Origin: Paraglomus brasilianum
Taxonomy: Eukaryota
NCBI GenBank assembly: GCA_910592345.1
Contig: CAJVPI010000099.1
Location: 1-54,483 of the forward strand
Reading direction: 5' to 3'
Length of the DNA stretch: 54,483 bases
Shown here: piece by piece, positions 52,710-54,483 of the stretch
How the letters are laid out: each line of letters starts with the position of its first letter
How positions within the stretch are numbered: position 1 is the stretch's first letter
The notes under the pieces: generated by a model
Told to the model about the DNA's origin: nothing
Databases searched by the model: none
The model's input: the letters and a program-made list of their open reading frames with translations, nothing else
Made by a program: the position numbers and the translations under genes

Positions 52710-53121
52710 ACAGTGTATTTGGAACCATGTTTTCTTCCCATAATTTGTTTTATTGTTAGTTTGGGTGCAGTTATTGCTATGTTCCTGTTTACACTAATGT
52801 CATCTTTAAGACAGGAAAATTTCCATGCTTATGAGTGCATCACATCAAGGCATCCTGGTTCAGGATTGTTTTTAGGAATAAGCAACGCGTTCTATGATCA
52901 GAGTCCATTAGACAGATGATTATGATGGTTCATGAATGTGCAATTTAAATTCTCTTTTCTTACCACACCTCTGTTATAGAGGCTTTTCTAGTCTTACATC
53001 CAAATGCTTGTAAATGATGACCACCTCCTCTTTTTACATTTTCTTTAATATTAACGAGTATTAGTATGAGTGCATATTAATTCCTTTAACAAATCTTACA
53101 AAACCAGATAAAAATGTATAT

Positions 53122-54294
53122 ATGATATATAACACAATTATGAATGAATACAAGAAAGCTCTCTGTTTCTTGAAAACAGGTTGTCAGTGTGGTTACTCAG
53201 CCAAAGTTCCAAAGGAAGGTTTTGCAGAATTGTGTGAAGCCTTTCAAGCATTGCCCAAACCAGAACAAGATGCATTTCTAATGGCACAAATTAAAGCAAT
53301 GGGATCAATAAGCACCAGCAGATGTCTGAAAAGAAAATCAGATCTAATAAAAAACTTTCTATTGCTGGAATCACACCTCTATGTCAAGAAACTTATCTCA
53401 ATATTGGCAGAACTTATTTTGAAAATATTAGAAATCATTTAATTATCAATGGTTTGGTTTCCAGACTTTATGGCAATATCAAAAGAATGCCTCAGTAAAA
53501 AACCAAAATGGTAATTGATTACAATGTTGCTACTACTGTAAAGAATTTTCTTGAGAACTATGCTGAAATTAATGGTTTACCAAGTCCATGAAGAAGTGTT
53601 AATAGAATAACTCGATCAGTTATCTTTTTTACCAACAGAAACAACTTACAAATCTGTTTACCAGAACTTTTTAGCAGGTTTGGAAGGATTAATAACTTGA
53701 AATTATTGAAATATAATGCATTCAGAAAGCTGTGACATCAATTAACACCAGAGATTCAAATTATGAGTCCAAGAACTGATTTGTGTGATACTTGTCAGAA
53801 TTTTCACAATGTATTATTAGTAATAGAAAAGTGATGGCAAAAAAATCTTATGGACACATGATTATCAGGGCCATCTCTGGGTATAGATTAAGATCTGCTT
53901 GGAGATCTGGTAGTAACTTAGTCATGCTGAAAAAAGGGCAGTCCCATGATCTAAAGCCACACAAACCTCAATAATTTGATCTATTACATATATTATTATA
54001 ATACAATGCTTATCAAGAGGAAGAAGCTAAAGACTTGCTCAAGAAATTTAAAGAACATCTTGCCAAAGCCAAACTAGAAAGAAATCACTATAATAAAAAT
54101 ACCAACCTAGCAGAAGAGCAAAAAAACTAGTTGACCAAAATTATGTACAAGGCAAAACTCAGTATTGCAGCATTGATGCTACTGCTCATTACAGTTATGA
54201 TTGAGCTCAAAATGTGCATGTACTCAGAAGCAACCAGAGAACAACTTAATTATGTTTTGGATGAAAATGAAATAATTGGCAAATGCCCTAATGG
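53122..54294 (+). mobile_element. Decayed Sola/DUF7869-like DDE transposase, copy 2
   Basis: GCQCG, EAFQALPKPEQDAFLMAQIKAM, NFLENYAEINGLPSP, SPRTDLCDTC, HYSYD.AQNV, EQLNYVLDENEIIGKCPNG. Many stops. Colinear with 15540-14520. Confidence 0.75.
53819..53988. mobile_element. ~170-bp insertion in the transposase relic (possible solo LTR)
   Basis: Absent from copy 1 between TCQ.F.N and EEEAK. Ends GTAATAGA / TCTATTACA are inverted. No clean TSD. Confidence 0.4.
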
Positions 54295-54483
54295 TGTGAA
54301 CGCGATGGGCTAACACTGAGGGTTCATGCTCGGCATCGCTTCATTATGGGCAATGTGTAGTTAACGATTATACAAATTACTCTCATATAGCCAAGCAATT
54401 ATAACGTGCCACGAAAACTACATGTCTAGACGAATATTCCCGCACCGTATTCCTACTAAGATTCTGGGAAGCATAACCCAACG
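54295..54483. mobile_element. Possible start of an LTR inserted into the transposase relic
   Basis: Homology to copy 1 stops abruptly after PNG. The new, CpG-richer sequence begins TGTGAAC (a TG start). It is cut off by the window edge. Confidence 0.3.

Noticed and set aside
1..54483. Fanzor/TnpB, tRNA, rRNA or spliceosomal snRNA genes
   Set aside because: No RuvC plus zinc-finger motif set and no recognisable RNA gene consensus were found by eye. A covariance-model scan could still find divergent ones.

Overview
Intron-rich, AT-rich eukaryotic DNA. It is most likely from an early-diverging fungus (Mucoromycota/Glomeromycotina-like), inferred from the short GT-AG introns and the repeat families. 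It carries ten recognisable housekeeping genes: a VPS9-domain protein, RRP42, SMP3/PIGZ, MMS19/MET18, mitochondrial GatA, prolyl oligopeptidase, PRP31, TYR1, sideroflexin and AOS1/SAE1. There is also one unidentified spliced gene, two disrupted Crinkler-like genes and one disrupted nuclease-like gene, and many decayed or nested transposons (Tc1, pogo, a MULE with a perfect 9-bp TSD, two Sola/DUF7869-like transposase relics, MITEs). Two non-coding structures stand out. One is an array of five identical-core palindromic hairpins with 35-47 bp spacers at 52485-52709. The other is a ~230-nt branched hairpin in an oversized GatA intron whose mismatches are mostly G-U on the transcribed strand. All calls come from reading motifs by eye, no searches were run, and gene ends and exon boundaries are manual estimates.
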